Sequence record: MZ892903.1
DNA length: 64,000 nucleotides
Source of the DNA: Escherichia phage ELT1
Reading direction: 5' to 3' (one strand)
Below the pieces are notes generated by a model. That model was not told the DNA's origin. It was given only the letters and a program-made list of their open reading frames with translations, and searched no databases. This document shows positions 47,202-58,004 of the stretch, in pieces; within the stretch, counting starts at the first letter, position 1, and each line of letters begins with the position of its first letter. Both the position numbers and the translations under genes were made by a program.

Positions 47202-48767
47202 ATGACTATCAAAACTAAAGCTGAACTTTTGAACAAATGGAAGCCATTACTGGAAGGTGAAGGTTTACCGGAAATTGCTAATAGCAAACAAGCGATTATC
47301 GCTAAAATCTTTGAAAACCAGGAAAAAGATTTCCAGACAGCTCCGGAATATAAAGACGAAAAAATTGCTCAGGCATTCGGTTCTTTCTTAACAGAAGCTG
47401 AAATCGGTGGTGACCACGGTTACAATGCTACCAACATCGCCGCAGGTCAGACTTCTGGCGCAGTAACTCAGATTGGCCCAGCTGTTATGGGTATGGTACG
47501 TCGTGCTATTCCTAACCTGATTGCTTTCGATATTTGTGGTGTTCAGCCAATGAACAGCCCGACTGGCCAGGTATTCGCGCTGCGCGCAGTATATGGTAAA
47601 GATCCAATCGCTTCCGGCGCTAAAGAAGCATTCCACCCAATGTATGGTCCAGATGCAATGTTCTCTGGTCAGGGTGCTGCTAAGAAATTCGCTGCTTTGA
47701 AAGCAAGTGATACTCTTGAAGTCGGAACTATTTACACTCACTTCTTCCAGGAAACTGGTACAGTATATCTGCAAGCTACAGCAGCTAAACAAATTGGTTC
47801 AGGCGCATCTGACGCAGACAAATTAGATGCTGAAATTAAGAAACAAATGGAAGCTGGTGTACTGGTAGAAATCGCTGAAGGTATGGCTACTTCTATCGCT
47901 GAACTTCAGGAAGGTTTCAACGGTTCTACCGATAACCCATGGAATGAAATGGGCTTCCGTATCGATAAACAAGTTATCGAAGCTAAATCTCGTCAGCTGA
48001 AAGCTGCTTACTCTATTGAATTAGCACAAGACCTCCGCGCTGTTCATGGTATGGATGCTGATGCTGAACTGTCTGGTATTCTGGCTACAGAAATTATGCT
48101 GGAAATCAACCGCGAAGTTGTTGATTGGATTAACTACTCCGCTCAGGTTGGTAAATCTGGTATGACCCTGACTCCGGGTTCTAAAGCTGGTGTATTTGAC
48201 TTCCAGGACCCAATCGATATTCGTGGTGCTCGCTGGGCAGGTGAATCCTTTAAAGCTCTGTTGTTCCAGATTGACAAAGAAGCAGTTGAAATTGCTCGTC
48301 AGACTGGTCGCGGCGAAGGTAACTTCATTATCGCTTCCCGTAACGTAGTTAACGTTCTGGCTTCAGTTGATACCGGCATTTCTTATGCTGCACAGGGTCT
48401 GGCTACCGGCTTTAACACTGATACTACCAAGTCAGTATTTGCTGGTGTTCTGGGTGGTAAATACCGTGTATATATCGACCAGTATGCTAAACAGGATTAT
48501 TTCACTGTAGGTTATAAAGGTCCGAACGAAATGGATGCTGGTATTTACTATGCTCCATATGTAGCTCTGACTCCGCTGCGTGGTTCCGATCCGAAGAACT
48601 TCCAACCAGTAATGGGATTCAAAACTCGTTACGGTATCGGTATCAACCCATTTGCAGAATCCGCTGCTCAGGCTCCGGCTTCTCGCATCCAGAGCGGTAT
48701 GCCTTCTATTCTGAATAGCCTTGGTAAAAACGCTTACTTTAGACGTGTATATGTTAAAGGTATCTAA
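47202..48767 (+). CDS. 23: major capsid protein gp23
   Basis: 521 aa; synteny. Confidence 0.97.
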   Translation: MTIKTKAELLNKWKPLLEGEGLPEIANSKQAIIAKIFENQEKDFQTAPEYKDEKIAQAFGSFLTEAEIGGDHGYNATNIAAGQTSGAVTQIGPAVMGMVRRAIPNLIAFDICGVQPMNSPTGQVFALRAVYGKDPIASGAKEAFHPMYGPDAMFSGQGAAKKFAALKASDTLEVGTIYTHFFQETGTVYLQATAAKQIGSGASDADKLDAEIKKQMEAGVLVEIAEGMATSIAELQEGFNGSTDNPWNEMGFRIDKQVIEAKSRQLKAAYSIELAQDLRAVHGMDADAELSGILATEIMLEINREVVDWINYSAQVGKSGMTLTPGSKAGVFDFQDPIDIRGARWAGESFKALLFQIDKEAVEIARQTGRGEGNFIIASRNVVNVLASVDTGISYAAQGLATGFNTDTTKSVFAGVLGGKYRVYIDQYAKQDYFTVGYKGPNEMDAGIYYAPYVALTPLRGSDPKNFQPVMGFKTRYGIGINPFAESAAQAPASRIQSGMPSILNSLGKNAYFRRVYVKGI

Positions 48768-48782
48768 TCTTTGACGATTTAA

Positions 48783-48811
48783 GGGACCTTCGGGTCCCTT
48801 TAGTTGTTTTT
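48783..48811 (+). terminator. rho-independent terminator after gene 23
   Basis: GGGACC-UUCG-GGUCCC followed by U-rich tract. Confidence 0.6.
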
Positions 48812-48825
48812 ATGGTATAAATAAA

Positions 48826-48833
48826 TCATATAA
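48826..48833 (+). promoter_or_regulatory. T4 late promoter TATAAATA (gene 24)
   Basis: Exact TATAAATA upstream of gene 24. Confidence 0.6.
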
Positions 48834-48850
48834 ACCAAAAGGAAAGCGCA

Positions 48851-50134
48851 ATGGCTAAAATCAACGAACTTCTGCGCGAATCAACCACAACGAATAGCAA
48901 CTCAATCGGTCGCCCAAATCTCGTTGCTTTGACTCGCGCTACCACTAAATTAATATATTCTGACATTGTAGCAACGCAAAGAACTAATCAACCTGTTGCT
49001 GCTTTTTATGGTATCAAATACCTTAATCCAGATAACGAATTTACATTTAAAACTGGTGCTACTTACGCTGGCGAAGCTGGATATGTAGACCGAGAACAAA
49101 TCACAGAATTAACAGAAGAGTCTAAATTAACTCTCAATAAAGGCGATTTATTCAAATATAATAATATCGTTTATAAAGTATTAGAAGATACACCATTTGC
49201 TACCATTGAAGAAAGTGATTTAGAATTAGCTCTTCAGATTGCAATTGTTCTTTTAAAGGTTCGTCTATTTTCTGATGCTGCAGTAACAAGCAAATTTGAA
49301 AGCTCTGATAGCGAAATTGCGGATGCTAGATTCCAGATTAATAAATGGCAAACCGCAGTTAAATCTCGTAAACTTAAAACTGGCATTACAGTTGAATTAG
49401 CGCAAGATTTAGAAGCAAATGGATTCGATGCTCCTAATTTCTTGGAAGATTTGCTTGCAACTGAAATGGCGGATGAAATCAATAAAGATATTCTGCAATC
49501 TTTGATTACAGTATCAAAACGCTATAAAGTTACAGGAATTACTGATACTGGATTCATTGATTTGAGTTATGCATCTGCACCTGAAGCTGGTCGTTCATTA
49601 TACCGAATGGTATGTGAAATGGTTTCGCATATCCAAAAAGAATCAACTTATACAGCAACGTTCTGTGTTGCTTCTGCTCGTGCCGCTGCGATTCTTGCTG
49701 CATCAGGTTGGTTAAAACATAAACCAGAAGATGACAAATATCTTTCACAAAATGCCTATGGGTTTTTAGCTAATGGTTTACCACTTTATTGCGATACTAA
49801 CAGCCCATTAGATTATGTAATCGTTGGCGTAGTAGAAAATATCGGTGAAAAAGAAATTGTTGGATCAATTTTCTATGCTCCGTATACAGAAGGTCTCGAC
49901 TTAGATGACCCTGAACATGTAGGTGCATTTAAAGTTGTTGTTGATCCAGAAAGCTTACAGCCGTCTATCGGTTTATTAGTTAGATATGCTTTATCTGCAA
50001 ATCCTTACACTGTAGCAAAAGATGAAAAAGAAGCAAGAATAATTGATGGTGGAGACATGGATAAAATGGCGGGTCGTTCAGATTTGTCTGTTTTATTAGG
50101 TGTTAAGCTACCAAAAATTATTGTTGATGAATAA
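48851..50134 (+). CDS. 24: capsid vertex protein gp24
   Basis: 427 aa; synteny. Confidence 0.95.
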   Translation: MAKINELLRESTTTNSNSIGRPNLVALTRATTKLIYSDIVATQRTNQPVAAFYGIKYLNPDNEFTFKTGATYAGEAGYVDREQITELTEESKLTLNKGDLFKYNNIVYKVLEDTPFATIEESDLELALQIAIVLLKVRLFSDAAVTSKFESSDSEIADARFQINKWQTAVKSRKLKTGITVELAQDLEANGFDAPNFLEDLLATEMADEINKDILQSLITVSKRYKVTGITDTGFIDLSYASAPEAGRSLYRMVCEMVSHIQKESTYTATFCVASARAAAILAASGWLKHKPEDDKYLSQNAYGFLANGLPLYCDTNSPLDYVIVGVVENIGEKEIVGSIFYAPYTEGLDLDDPEHVGAFKVVVDPESLQPSIGLLVRYALSANPYTVAKDEKEARIIDGGDMDKMAGRSDLSVLLGVKLPKIIVDE

Positions 50135-50163
50135 AACAAAGGGACCGAAAGGTCCCTTTTTTA
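50133..50163. terminator. bidirectional rho-independent terminator between convergent gene 24 and rnlB
   Basis: GGGACC-GAAA-GGUCCC flanked by A-run upstream and T-run downstream. Confidence 0.6.
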
Positions 50164-50164
50164 T

Positions 50165-51169
50165 TTAACTTACCAATTCAATCCAAGTCGGACGAAGTAC
50201 ATCTTGTACCATTTTAACTAATTCCTTTTTAATCAAAGAAGGATTATCCGCTTGAGTTAAAGTAATACCTTCACGAGAAGTTTCTTCCAAAATATCTTGA
50301 ACAGTTAGTCCCATCACCTTTCCAAAATCTTTTGGACCAATTTCGCCAATTTTAGAAATAACGTTATTTACTCGGTTCAGTGTAACGTAACAAGCTAAAA
50401 TTCCCAGCAATTTATTATCAGCTTCTGACAGTTCAACTTTAGCTTTAATAGGCTTATCAGACTTTTTCTTTTCGCTAAATTTAGAGTTCTTGCATTTAAT
50501 CGCTACACGATTGCCATTAGGCATCCAAAAAGGATAACAAGGTTTCAATACATATCCTTCAGCAGTAAATACTTCGCCTTTTGCTTCGGCATTCCAAACG
50601 CATTTATTTGCATCAACTAATCCAGCGTGGTCTACCGTAAAATTATAATCCTGGACGACAGAATCTAAATCATTTGGCAATTTAATAAGTTCTTCAAATT
50701 TACCACGACCCAAAAGTGGAGCCATTTTAAATTTGAATGTATTACAGAATGATTCCATCATATAATCATCGACATAAGTCACATCACCACTTTCTGTAGT
50801 AACAATAATGTCAAATACATAAAAATCTTTATCACCATAATCAACATTCTTCTGAATGCCAGGTCCAGCGAATTCGCCGAAGACTTGATAAGATACAACT
50901 GCCGAAGTTTCCATAATATCTTGTACTGCTTTAATGGAATCAGCGTAATTCTTCAAAATAATTTCATACCCAAAGAAATCTTCAGCAGGAAGAATCGGTC
51001 CAGTACGTTTAGCACAAGTTGCTTTATCGCGTTCAATAATCAGTGAGAAATTTGTGCCATGAATCTTTTCACGAGCTACCCATTCGCCGCCAGTCAATCC
51101 TAAACTGTAAAGTTTTTCAATGAATTTAGAATTGTAATGATTTTCAAGACTGCTATACTTTTTAAACAT
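50165..51169 (-). CDS. rnlB: RNA ligase 2 (Rnl2)
   Basis: 334 aa; nucleotidyltransferase lysine motif ...EKIHGTNF... Confidence 0.9.
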   Translation of the reverse strand: MFKKYSSLENHYNSKFIEKLYSLGLTGGEWVAREKIHGTNFSLIIERDKATCAKRTGPILPAEDFFGYEIILKNYADSIKAVQDIMETSAVVSYQVFGEFAGPGIQKNVDYGDKDFYVFDIIVTTESGDVTYVDDYMMESFCNTFKFKMAPLLGRGKFEELIKLPNDLDSVVQDYNFTVDHAGLVDANKCVWNAEAKGEVFTAEGYVLKPCYPFWMPNGNRVAIKCKNSKFSEKKKSDKPIKAKVELSEADNKLLGILACYVTLNRVNNVISKIGEIGPKDFGKVMGLTVQDILEETSREGITLTQADNPSLIKKELVKMVQDVLRPTWIELVS

Positions 51170-51178
51170 AATTAATCC

Positions 51179-51457
51179 TCAAAATGTAATTTCTAACCAA
51201 TCACCATCACGCTGATCACTATTGACTTTAAAGCTAAATCCTTCTTTTCTCAGCCAATCACCAATTTCTTCAGTAATCAATTTATCGCGAGCGGTACAAT
51301 AATAACTAAAATATGTTTTACCTTGTTCAGCTGCTTTATTAGCAAGTTCCGAAAAATCTTTAATAAAACACTCTAGTTTAAACTGTTTACTTTTAAGTGC
51401 TTTTTCGCGTAATTGATTAGCGAAAGATTCATTTTCATAAAGATCATACTGTTCCAT
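51179..51457 (-). CDS. hypothetical protein (24.2-like)
   Basis: 92-aa ORF; synteny. Confidence 0.5.
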   Translation of the reverse strand: MEQYDLYENESFANQLREKALKSKQFKLECFIKDFSELANKAAEQGKTYFSYYCTARDKLITEEIGDWLRKEGFSFKVNSDQRDGDWLEITF

Positions 51458-51659
51458 TTTTCACCTTTTTATTAATATGTCTTTTTCTATAGACAACTTT
51501 TTCTCGAGTCTCAAATTTATTCTTAGCAGTCATAGCTCGAGCCCATAATACAGCCACTTCTTTCGCCTGTAAGTTCAATTCACGAGCAATTTCAATGAAT
51601 GACTTTCCAGACTCATGAAGAGTAAACACCACAACCTCAGTTCTCATAATCAATCTCAT
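51444..51659 (-). CDS. hypothetical small basic protein (24.3-like)
   Basis: 71-aa ORF; synteny. Confidence 0.5.
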   Translation of the reverse strand: MRLIMRTEVVVFTLHESGKSFIEIARELNLQAKEVAVLWARAMTAKNKFETREKVVYRKRHINKKVKNGTV

Positions 51660-51714
51660 GTTATCGAGTTGGTGCCATTATATACATCATTTTCTGAGTG
51701 TGTTTTGTGTGCTT

Positions 51715-51742
51715 TCAAAATGAAGAAAGGGGCCGAAGCCCC
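51715..51742 (-). terminator. hairpin terminator downstream of hoc (minus strand)
   Basis: Minus strand GGGGC-UUCG-GCCCC followed by UUUCUUCAUUUU. Confidence 0.45.
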
Positions 51743-51747
51743 TAAGA

Positions 51748-52878
51748 TTATGGATAGGTATAGATGATACCAGTTTCTAAAGCAGTTTTATGAATGATGT
51801 ATCCATTACGTGATTCTTGAACATCAACTTCTGGATAATCTTGCAACATCTTCTGAAGAGTGTAACGATGCAAGTAATATTTACTATCTGGATCTTCAGT
51901 TTTCCAATCTTTACCTTCTTCGGTCATTTTTTGGATTTCATCCATAACCCACCAACCGCACCAGATATAAGCTGAAGTACGATGTGGAAGAGGATGAACA
52001 TAAGGCAATTCACCTTCTGGTTCTGGAGCAACTTTATCAGTTACCTGAACTTGACCTTCTGCTGTGATAGTTTTGCTATCATAATCAGTAGCGGTAACAG
52101 TTGCAGTAACTTCAATAGTTTGACTTCCAATAGATGATGTATCAACGGTGTATACATTAGTTGACCCTTCTACAGGAGAAGAATCTTTCTTCCATGAATA
52201 CGTAATTTGCGCTTCTTCCGGGGCATCAGTGACATTAGCAGTAAATGTAGCCGAAGCATCTTGCTGAACGTTAATAGAAGGAGGAGTCAATGTAACCTGT
52301 GGATTCATTGTCTTCTTATTAACAGTCAGTGATACTTCATTAGAAGTAACTTCCTTTGCATCATAATCTGTCGCGGTTACTTGAGCTACACACTTAATTG
52401 TTTTAACTCCACTTGTAGTTGGAGTATAGCTAAATGTAGCGGAAGTTGCTTCACTAACAGGAGAATCATCTACATGCCACTGATACGTAGCAGATGCGCC
52501 TGGTGGTTGAGAAGCTAAAGCAGCGGTAAATTCAACAGCTGTTCCGATTACTCCAGCATCAGGGCTACCAGGAGTTACTGCCAAGGTAGTTGTTTGTGTC
52601 TTATTTTGAACTGTGATAGTTGTACTAATTTCAGCTGTTTCGGGACTACTATCGGCAACTTGATTGGTTGCAACTACTTTAATAGTCTTTTGACCGGCAG
52701 GTCCTTTTAGTACATAACTAAAAGTTGCTTCAGCTCCATCCTGTGGAACATCGTCTACAGTCCAAGCATAGGTAATAGTTCCACCTCCAGTTTCACCACT
52801 GGGTGTAGCAGTAAACTGCTGAGTCTGATCTATAACTCCAGTAGGTGTTTTAGGAGTTATATCAACTGTAAAAGCCAT
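51748..52878 (-). CDS. hoc: Hoc outer capsid decoration protein (Ig-like domains)
   Basis: 376 aa; T/S/V-rich repeated beta-strand segments, C-terminal capsid-binding region. Confidence 0.85.
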   Translation of the reverse strand: MAFTVDITPKTPTGVIDQTQQFTATPSGETGGGTITYAWTVDDVPQDGAEATFSYVLKGPAGQKTIKVVATNQVADSSPETAEISTTITVQNKTQTTTLAVTPGSPDAGVIGTAVEFTAALASQPPGASATYQWHVDDSPVSEATSATFSYTPTTSGVKTIKCVAQVTATDYDAKEVTSNEVSLTVNKKTMNPQVTLTPPSINVQQDASATFTANVTDAPEEAQITYSWKKDSSPVEGSTNVYTVDTSSIGSQTIEVTATVTATDYDSKTITAEGQVQVTDKVAPEPEGELPYVHPLPHRTSAYIWCGWWVMDEIQKMTEEGKDWKTEDPDSKYYLHRYTLQKMLQDYPEVDVQESRNGYIIHKTALETGIIYTYP

Positions 52879-52887
52879 AAGTTATCC

Positions 52888-53568
52888 TTATTTTAATGTT
52901 ACGAAAGAAGAGTTGCGTGTTTCACGAATTAGAACTGATCCGTCACGGTTAATGTAGTAAATTAAGCTAAATAAAGTTTGATGTGCCGACGCGTGTTCAA
53001 AACTAGTTGGGTGAGATTTCCAATCCGGAGTTTCAGCAATCCACTGGTAAATCCACCAAGGAACAGTACAGAATCCTGGATTTTTTCCAATCAGCTGAAG
53101 ATTCGGACTAAAGTTTTCCGGAAGAGTAAATACAGACGGCTTTTCAGATTCAATAATCTCAGCTACAGCCTGTTCAAATTTTTCTTCAACAAAAGGAGTA
53201 TCTTCAATCAAAACATCGGTATTTTCGGGAATTTTATCCATTTCTACTACTTCAATTTTAATGTCAGATTTAACCGGAGAATCAATCAGAAGTGCTGCCT
53301 CTGGATTGACTTCTTCATCGTCATATTTTAACCCCTCTGCAGCATCAGCAGCATCAATTAAGTCTTTAATAGATAACCCATCAGTCTCTGGCATAGGTTC
53401 ACTAGCGAGCTTCTGGAGGGCTTCTTCAATATCATTAACGATATTATCAAAAGATTTATTCTTTTTGACCTTTATACCAAACTGTTCAGCATATTCAGCT
53501 AATTTAGCCTTAGCTTCTTTATTATCATCAAGAGCCTTCAGCTCTGCAATATAATCTTTATCTATCAT
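52888..53568 (-). CDS. inh: Inh, inhibitor of prohead protease
   Basis: 226 aa; synteny between hoc and segE. Confidence 0.7.
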   Translation of the reverse strand: MIDKDYIAELKALDDNKEAKAKLAEYAEQFGIKVKKNKSFDNIVNDIEEALQKLASEPMPETDGLSIKDLIDAADAAEGLKYDDEEVNPEAALLIDSPVKSDIKIEVVEMDKIPENTDVLIEDTPFVEEKFEQAVAEIIESEKPSVFTLPENFSPNLQLIGKNPGFCTVPWWIYQWIAETPDWKSHPTSFEHASAHQTLFSLIYYINRDGSVLIRETRNSSFVTLK

Positions 53569-53617
53569 AATATTTCCTCAGTATAAATATAGATATATTT
53601 ATTACTCGGAAAATAGT

Positions 53618-54235
53618 ATGTACCACTTTGTATATGAAACAACAAATCTAATAAACGGTAAAAAGTATATAGGAAAGCATTCTACTGACGACTTGAATGA
53701 TGGTTACCTTGGTTCCGGTAAGGCAATTCAGCAGGCTATAAAGAAATATGGTGAAAACAATTTCTCTAGAAAAATACTAAAAGAGTTTAAAACTTCCGAA
53801 GAAGCGTACATGTATGAAGAAGAAATTATAACTCCTGAACTAATAAAAAGCAAAAATTATTATAATATGAAACCCGGTGGAATTGGTGGAATTGTTATGA
53901 CTACAGAGGTTATAGCAAAGATGAAAGAATCTTCCGCTAAAAGATTTGAAAACTCACCAGGCACGGTATTAGGTAAAACTTGTTACACTAATGGAACTAA
54001 AAATATTTTTATTAAACCTGGAGAACTTGTTCCAGAAGGATTTGTAAAAGGGATGGTTCATCCTAATAGAAAGTCTAGAAAAGGATGTAAAGTTAAACCG
54101 ACTACCACAGGAACTTTTTGGGTCAATAATGGCGTAATAAATAAATTAATACAACCAGACGGTATTATTCCCGACGGATTTATTAAAGGTCGTCTCATGA
54201 AAAGAGACTCTAAAGGCAAATTTAGTAAGGCATAA
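53618..54235 (+). CDS. segE: GIY-YIG homing endonuclease SegE-like
   Basis: 205 aa; N-terminal ...FVYETTNLINGKKYIGKH...; basic C-terminal region; located between inh and uvsW. Confidence 0.8.
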   Translation: MYHFVYETTNLINGKKYIGKHSTDDLNDGYLGSGKAIQQAIKKYGENNFSRKILKEFKTSEEAYMYEEEIITPELIKSKNYYNMKPGGIGGIVMTTEVIAKMKESSAKRFENSPGTVLGKTCYTNGTKNIFIKPGELVPEGFVKGMVHPNRKSRKGCKVKPTTTGTFWVNNGVINKLIQPDGIIPDGFIKGRLMKRDSKGKFSKA

Positions 54236-54237
54236 TT

Positions 54238-55746
54238 ATGGATATTAAAGTACATTTTCACGACTTCAGTCATGTACGCATCGATTGTGAAGAGAGCACG
54301 TTCCACGAATTAAGAGATTTCTTTTCGTTTGAGGCCGATGGATATAGGTTTAATCCTCGCTTCAGATATGGCAACTGGGATGGACGAATCCGTCTTTTAG
54401 ATTATAATCGCCTTCTTCCATTCGGTTTAGTCGGGCAAATTAAAAAGTTCTGCGATAACTTTGGCTATAAAGCCTGGATTGACCCACAAATTAACGAAAA
54501 AGAAGAATTATCAAGAAAAGATTTTGATGAATGGCTTTCTAAATTAGAAATCTATTCAGGAAATAAAAGAATTGAACCGCACTGGTATCAAAAAGATGCA
54601 GTGTTCGAAGGATTAGTTAATCGTCGTAGAATTCTTAATCTTCCAACATCCGCTGGTAAATCTTTAATTCAAGCTTTGCTTGCGCGTTATTATTTGGAAA
54701 ATTATGAAGGTAAAATTCTTATCATTGTTCCAACAACTGCTTTAACAACTCAGATGGCTGATGACTTTGTTGACTATCGTTTATTCAGTCATGCAATGAT
54801 AAAGAAAATCGGTGGTGGAGCATCAAAAGATGATAAATATAAAAATGATGCACCGGTAATTGTTGGTACATGGCAAACTGTAGTAAAACAACCGAAAGAA
54901 TGGTTCTCACAGTTTGGAATGATGATGAATGATGAATGCCATCTTGCTACAGGAAAAAGTATTTCATCCATCATATCAGGTTTAAATAACTGCATGTTCA
55001 AATTCGGTTTGTCTGGTTCATTACGTGATGGAAAAGCCAATATCATGCAGTATGTTGGAATGTTTGGTGAAATATTTAAGCCAGTAACGACTTCTAAATT
55101 AATGGAAGATGGGCAAGTAACTGAGCTAAAAATTAATAGTATTTTTCTTCGCTATCCTGATGAGTTCACTACTAAATTAAAGGGAAAAACTTACCAAGAA
55201 GAAATAAAAATTATTACTGGACTCAGTAAAAGAAATAAATGGATTGCTAAATTAGCTATTAAACTTGCACAAAAAGATGAAAACGCTTTTGTCATGTTTA
55301 AGCATGTATCACATGGTAAAGCTATTTTCGATTTAATTAAAAATGAATACGATAAAGTTTATTACGTATCAGGGGAAGTTGATACCGAAACACGCAACGT
55401 AATGAAAACCTTAGCTGAAAACGGTAAAGGAATAATTATAGTAGCTAGTTATGGTGTATTTTCTACTGGTATTTCAGTTAAAAATCTGCATCACGTTGTT
55501 TTAGCGCACGGCGTTAAATCAAAAATCATTGTATTACAAACAATCGGTCGTGTATTACGTAAGCATGGTTCTAAAACAATCGCAACAGTCTGGGACCTCA
55601 TAGATGACGCGGGCGTCAAGCCAAAATCTGCTAATACGAAAAAGAAATATGTTCATTTGAACTATCTTTTAAAACACGGCATTGATCGTATTCAGCGCTA
55701 CGCAGATGAAAAATTTAATTACGTAATGAAAACAGTTAATTTATAA
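54238..55746 (+). CDS. uvsW: UvsW DNA/RNA helicase (SF2)
   Basis: 502 aa; helicase motifs (PTSAGKS, DECH). Confidence 0.9.
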   Translation: MDIKVHFHDFSHVRIDCEESTFHELRDFFSFEADGYRFNPRFRYGNWDGRIRLLDYNRLLPFGLVGQIKKFCDNFGYKAWIDPQINEKEELSRKDFDEWLSKLEIYSGNKRIEPHWYQKDAVFEGLVNRRRILNLPTSAGKSLIQALLARYYLENYEGKILIIVPTTALTTQMADDFVDYRLFSHAMIKKIGGGASKDDKYKNDAPVIVGTWQTVVKQPKEWFSQFGMMMNDECHLATGKSISSIISGLNNCMFKFGLSGSLRDGKANIMQYVGMFGEIFKPVTTSKLMEDGQVTELKINSIFLRYPDEFTTKLKGKTYQEEIKIITGLSKRNKWIAKLAIKLAQKDENAFVMFKHVSHGKAIFDLIKNEYDKVYYVSGEVDTETRNVMKTLAENGKGIIIVASYGVFSTGISVKNLHHVVLAHGVKSKIIVLQTIGRVLRKHGSKTIATVWDLIDDAGVKPKSANTKKKYVHLNYLLKHGIDRIQRYADEKFNYVMKTVNL

Positions 55747-55759
55747 GGGCTTCGGCCCT

Positions 55760-56002
55760 TTGGAGAAAAAGATGTTACTAGGATTTAAACAATTTCTTTA
55801 TGAAGCTTCTATTGATGAATTTATGGGTAAAATTGCCTCTTGTCAAACATTAGAAGGTTTAGAAGAACTTGAAGCTTATTACAAGAAAAGAGTCAAAGAA
55901 ACTGAATTAAAAGATACTGATGACATCTCAGTCAGAGATGCTTTGGCAGGAAAAAGAGCTGAATTAGAAGATTCAGACGATGAAGTAGAAGAAAGCTTTT
56001 AA
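55760..56002 (+). CDS. uvsW.1: UvsW.1 small acidic protein
   Basis: 80-aa ORF directly after uvsW. Confidence 0.7.
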   Translation: MEKKMLLGFKQFLYEASIDEFMGKIASCQTLEGLEELEAYYKKRVKETELKDTDDISVRDALAGKRAELEDSDDEVEESF

Positions 56003-56035
56003 ATTAAAAAAAGGCCCAACCAAAAAGGAAGGGCC
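56001..56035 (-). terminator. rho-independent terminator (minus strand) downstream of uvsY.-2
   Basis: Minus strand GGCCC-(13 nt loop)-GGGCC followed by UUUUUUU. Confidence 0.5.
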
Positions 56036-56058
56036 AAAACTATAGACTAAAGGTCACA

Positions 56059-56226
56059 CTATAGCAAAAGTTGTGTTTCATTTAATTGTTCTTCCGAACT
56101 TTCTGAAACTGGTAGTTCTTTAATGTAATTATAGCAAGGCCCAGGATGTACAGGACCTTTGTCTGTTTCAACAACCAATGCAGAATCGATTGGAGTTTTA
56201 CAGACAACACAAATCTTATCTGACAT
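56059..56226 (-). CDS. small zinc-ribbon protein (uvsY.-2-like)
   Basis: Manually translated 55-aa ORF MSDKICVVCKTPIDSALVVETDKGPVHPGPCYNY...; two CxxC-like pairs; below ORF-track cutoff. Confidence 0.45.
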   Translation of the reverse strand: MSDKICVVCKTPIDSALVVETDKGPVHPGPCYNYIKELPVSESSEEQLNETQLLL

Positions 56227-56254
56227 GATTGTCTCCTCTAAATTATATATCTAT

Positions 56255-56479
56255 TTATATAACTCTCATATGCATATCAATGCCCATATCTTTAGAATAA
56301 AAATATTCATCAAGATATCCGGCAAATTTTCCTTTAATATAAAGTACATCTTCACCGCATGGGTGGTCGGCCAGGATACGAATATCCTGACGCTTGAGAT
56401 TATACTTTTTCATTAAGAATTGAATTTCCGTTTCGAATTCTTCTTCATAATTAAAAGCATCATCAATGCTATATCTCAT
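56255..56479 (-). CDS. hypothetical protein (uvsY.-1-like)
   Basis: 74-aa ORF abutting uvsY. Confidence 0.55.
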   Translation of the reverse strand: MRYSIDDAFNYEEEFETEIQFLMKKYNLKRQDIRILADHPCGEDVLYIKGKFAGYLDEYFYSKDMGIDMHMRVI

Positions 56480-56892
56480 TATTTTCCAGCCTCAAATGCT
56501 CGCATGTCTTGAATATGCTTAATAGCAAATCCACGTGATTTTATAGCATCAAGAGCTCCGCTACAAAAATCCAATAAAATTCCCCAATATTGTAATGAAG
56601 TATCAACTTTTAAAACATCCTTATCAGCTGATAGAACTGTCTTCATTTCTGATTTCTCATAACGATCCATACTAAATTCATCACCATCTCCTCGTCCCGA
56701 GTAGTAGTCTAATTTAGCTTTAAGAGCAACTTTTTTCTGTGCGTCAATTCTAAGCATTTCCTTTTTAATACTTGAATGCTTATTAAGCCATTTACTATAT
56801 AACATCACATTATTAGCTGCTTCATACTGTAATTTAGTCGAATCTATAAACACATCTTTCTTCAATTCTTCTTGAAGATCTTCTAATTTCAT
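56479..56892 (-). CDS. uvsY: UvsY recombination mediator
   Basis: 137 aa; synteny. Confidence 0.9.
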   Translation of the reverse strand: MKLEDLQEELKKDVFIDSTKLQYEAANNVMLYSKWLNKHSSIKKEMLRIDAQKKVALKAKLDYYSGRGDGDEFSMDRYEKSEMKTVLSADKDVLKVDTSLQYWGILLDFCSGALDAIKSRGFAIKHIQDMRAFEAGK

Positions 56893-56958
56893 ATTGTTCT
56901 CTATTCAATTGTTATTGGATGGACTTAGATTCATTATACCACGTTTATACGTGAAGCA

Positions 56959-57357
56959 TTATACTCTGTTACTGGAAGCCAGTTGTAGTTTTATCTGCTC
57001 AATATCATCAGGGTTATCGATGACCGAAAAGCGTATTTCTACTATCAGAGTATAATCATCATAAACTGGTATTACATTAACTGCTAATTTATCAATACGT
57101 GGCTCGTAGTTTCTTACTGCGCTTTCAATGTTACGCTCAACAGTATCAGCAGTAAGAGGAGTCATATTCTCAAAAAGCTGATCAGATAAATCACATCCAA
57201 ATTCCGGGTCAAATGGTCTCGACCCTTTTCTGGTTGTAATAATTCCCAAAAGGCTATTTTTAATTGACCTTAATCCAAGAGATCTAGAAACATCTTTGTC
57301 CCAATCCATTTTCATTTCTGGGTCAATGTCAGAATAAAGTTTATTGATATTTGCCAT
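56959..57357 (-). CDS. 25: baseplate wedge protein gp25
   Basis: 132 aa; synteny. Confidence 0.9.
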   Translation of the reverse strand: MANINKLYSDIDPEMKMDWDKDVSRSLGLRSIKNSLLGIITTRKGSRPFDPEFGCDLSDQLFENMTPLTADTVERNIESAVRNYEPRIDKLAVNVIPVYDDYTLIVEIRFSVIDNPDDIEQIKLQLASSNRV

Positions 57358-57983
57358 TACAATAGCTCAAAGAATTCTTTGAGTCCTCTTATTACATGAG
57401 CGTGAGATTTTCCACACTCTGGACATTTAATTGGAACAGCCAAATAAACAGTAGGCTTTAAAAGCATATCTTTTATAGCTACAATATCTGACTCTGTGAT
57501 GATAGAATATAAATCTTCCAACTCTTTTTCATTCAAGTCTTCAATTGGAATGCTTTCACCGTTAGCATGAATCGTTTCTATACATGATACTATCATGTGG
57601 GCTATATTTTTATCATCAAAAATTTTAGGGTATCGGAACTTAATTTTAATGTCACCCAGTGTATACCAGAGGTCTTCTGGTGCATCTATTTGTGTATGTA
57701 ATAGATTTATATGGGTTGGTATTTCAGTTCCACAGGTGCACTTCCAGGAGTTTTCGTGATTAACTTCACCGAGAGAATGTGCCCATAAATGAATCAGCAG
57801 TAGTTCTGATTCTTGGCGGTTTAAATCTTTTGCATTTGTGCAGTCTTTGATTAGCTTTTTAACAATTACTTCTACAGAACCATTATTTTTGGCAGTAATA
57901 AGTTCTAGATATTCTTTAAGTGTGAATGCGCGACAATTGATTATTTTAGAACCAACTCTCACATCAAATTTGTATTCATACAT
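57357..57983 (-). CDS. 26: baseplate hub protein gp26
   Basis: 208 aa; synteny. Confidence 0.85.
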   Translation of the reverse strand: MYEYKFDVRVGSKIINCRAFTLKEYLELITAKNNGSVEVIVKKLIKDCTNAKDLNRQESELLLIHLWAHSLGEVNHENSWKCTCGTEIPTHINLLHTQIDAPEDLWYTLGDIKIKFRYPKIFDDKNIAHMIVSCIETIHANGESIPIEDLNEKELEDLYSIITESDIVAIKDMLLKPTVYLAVPIKCPECGKSHAHVIRGLKEFFELL

Positions 57984-58004
57984 ATTTAGCTCCTTTATTT
58001 ATCA

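Noticed and set aside
52978-53554. Two plus-strand ORFs (52978..53331, 53261..53554) inside inh
   Set aside because: Antisense to a well-supported gene; low-complexity translations; no RBS
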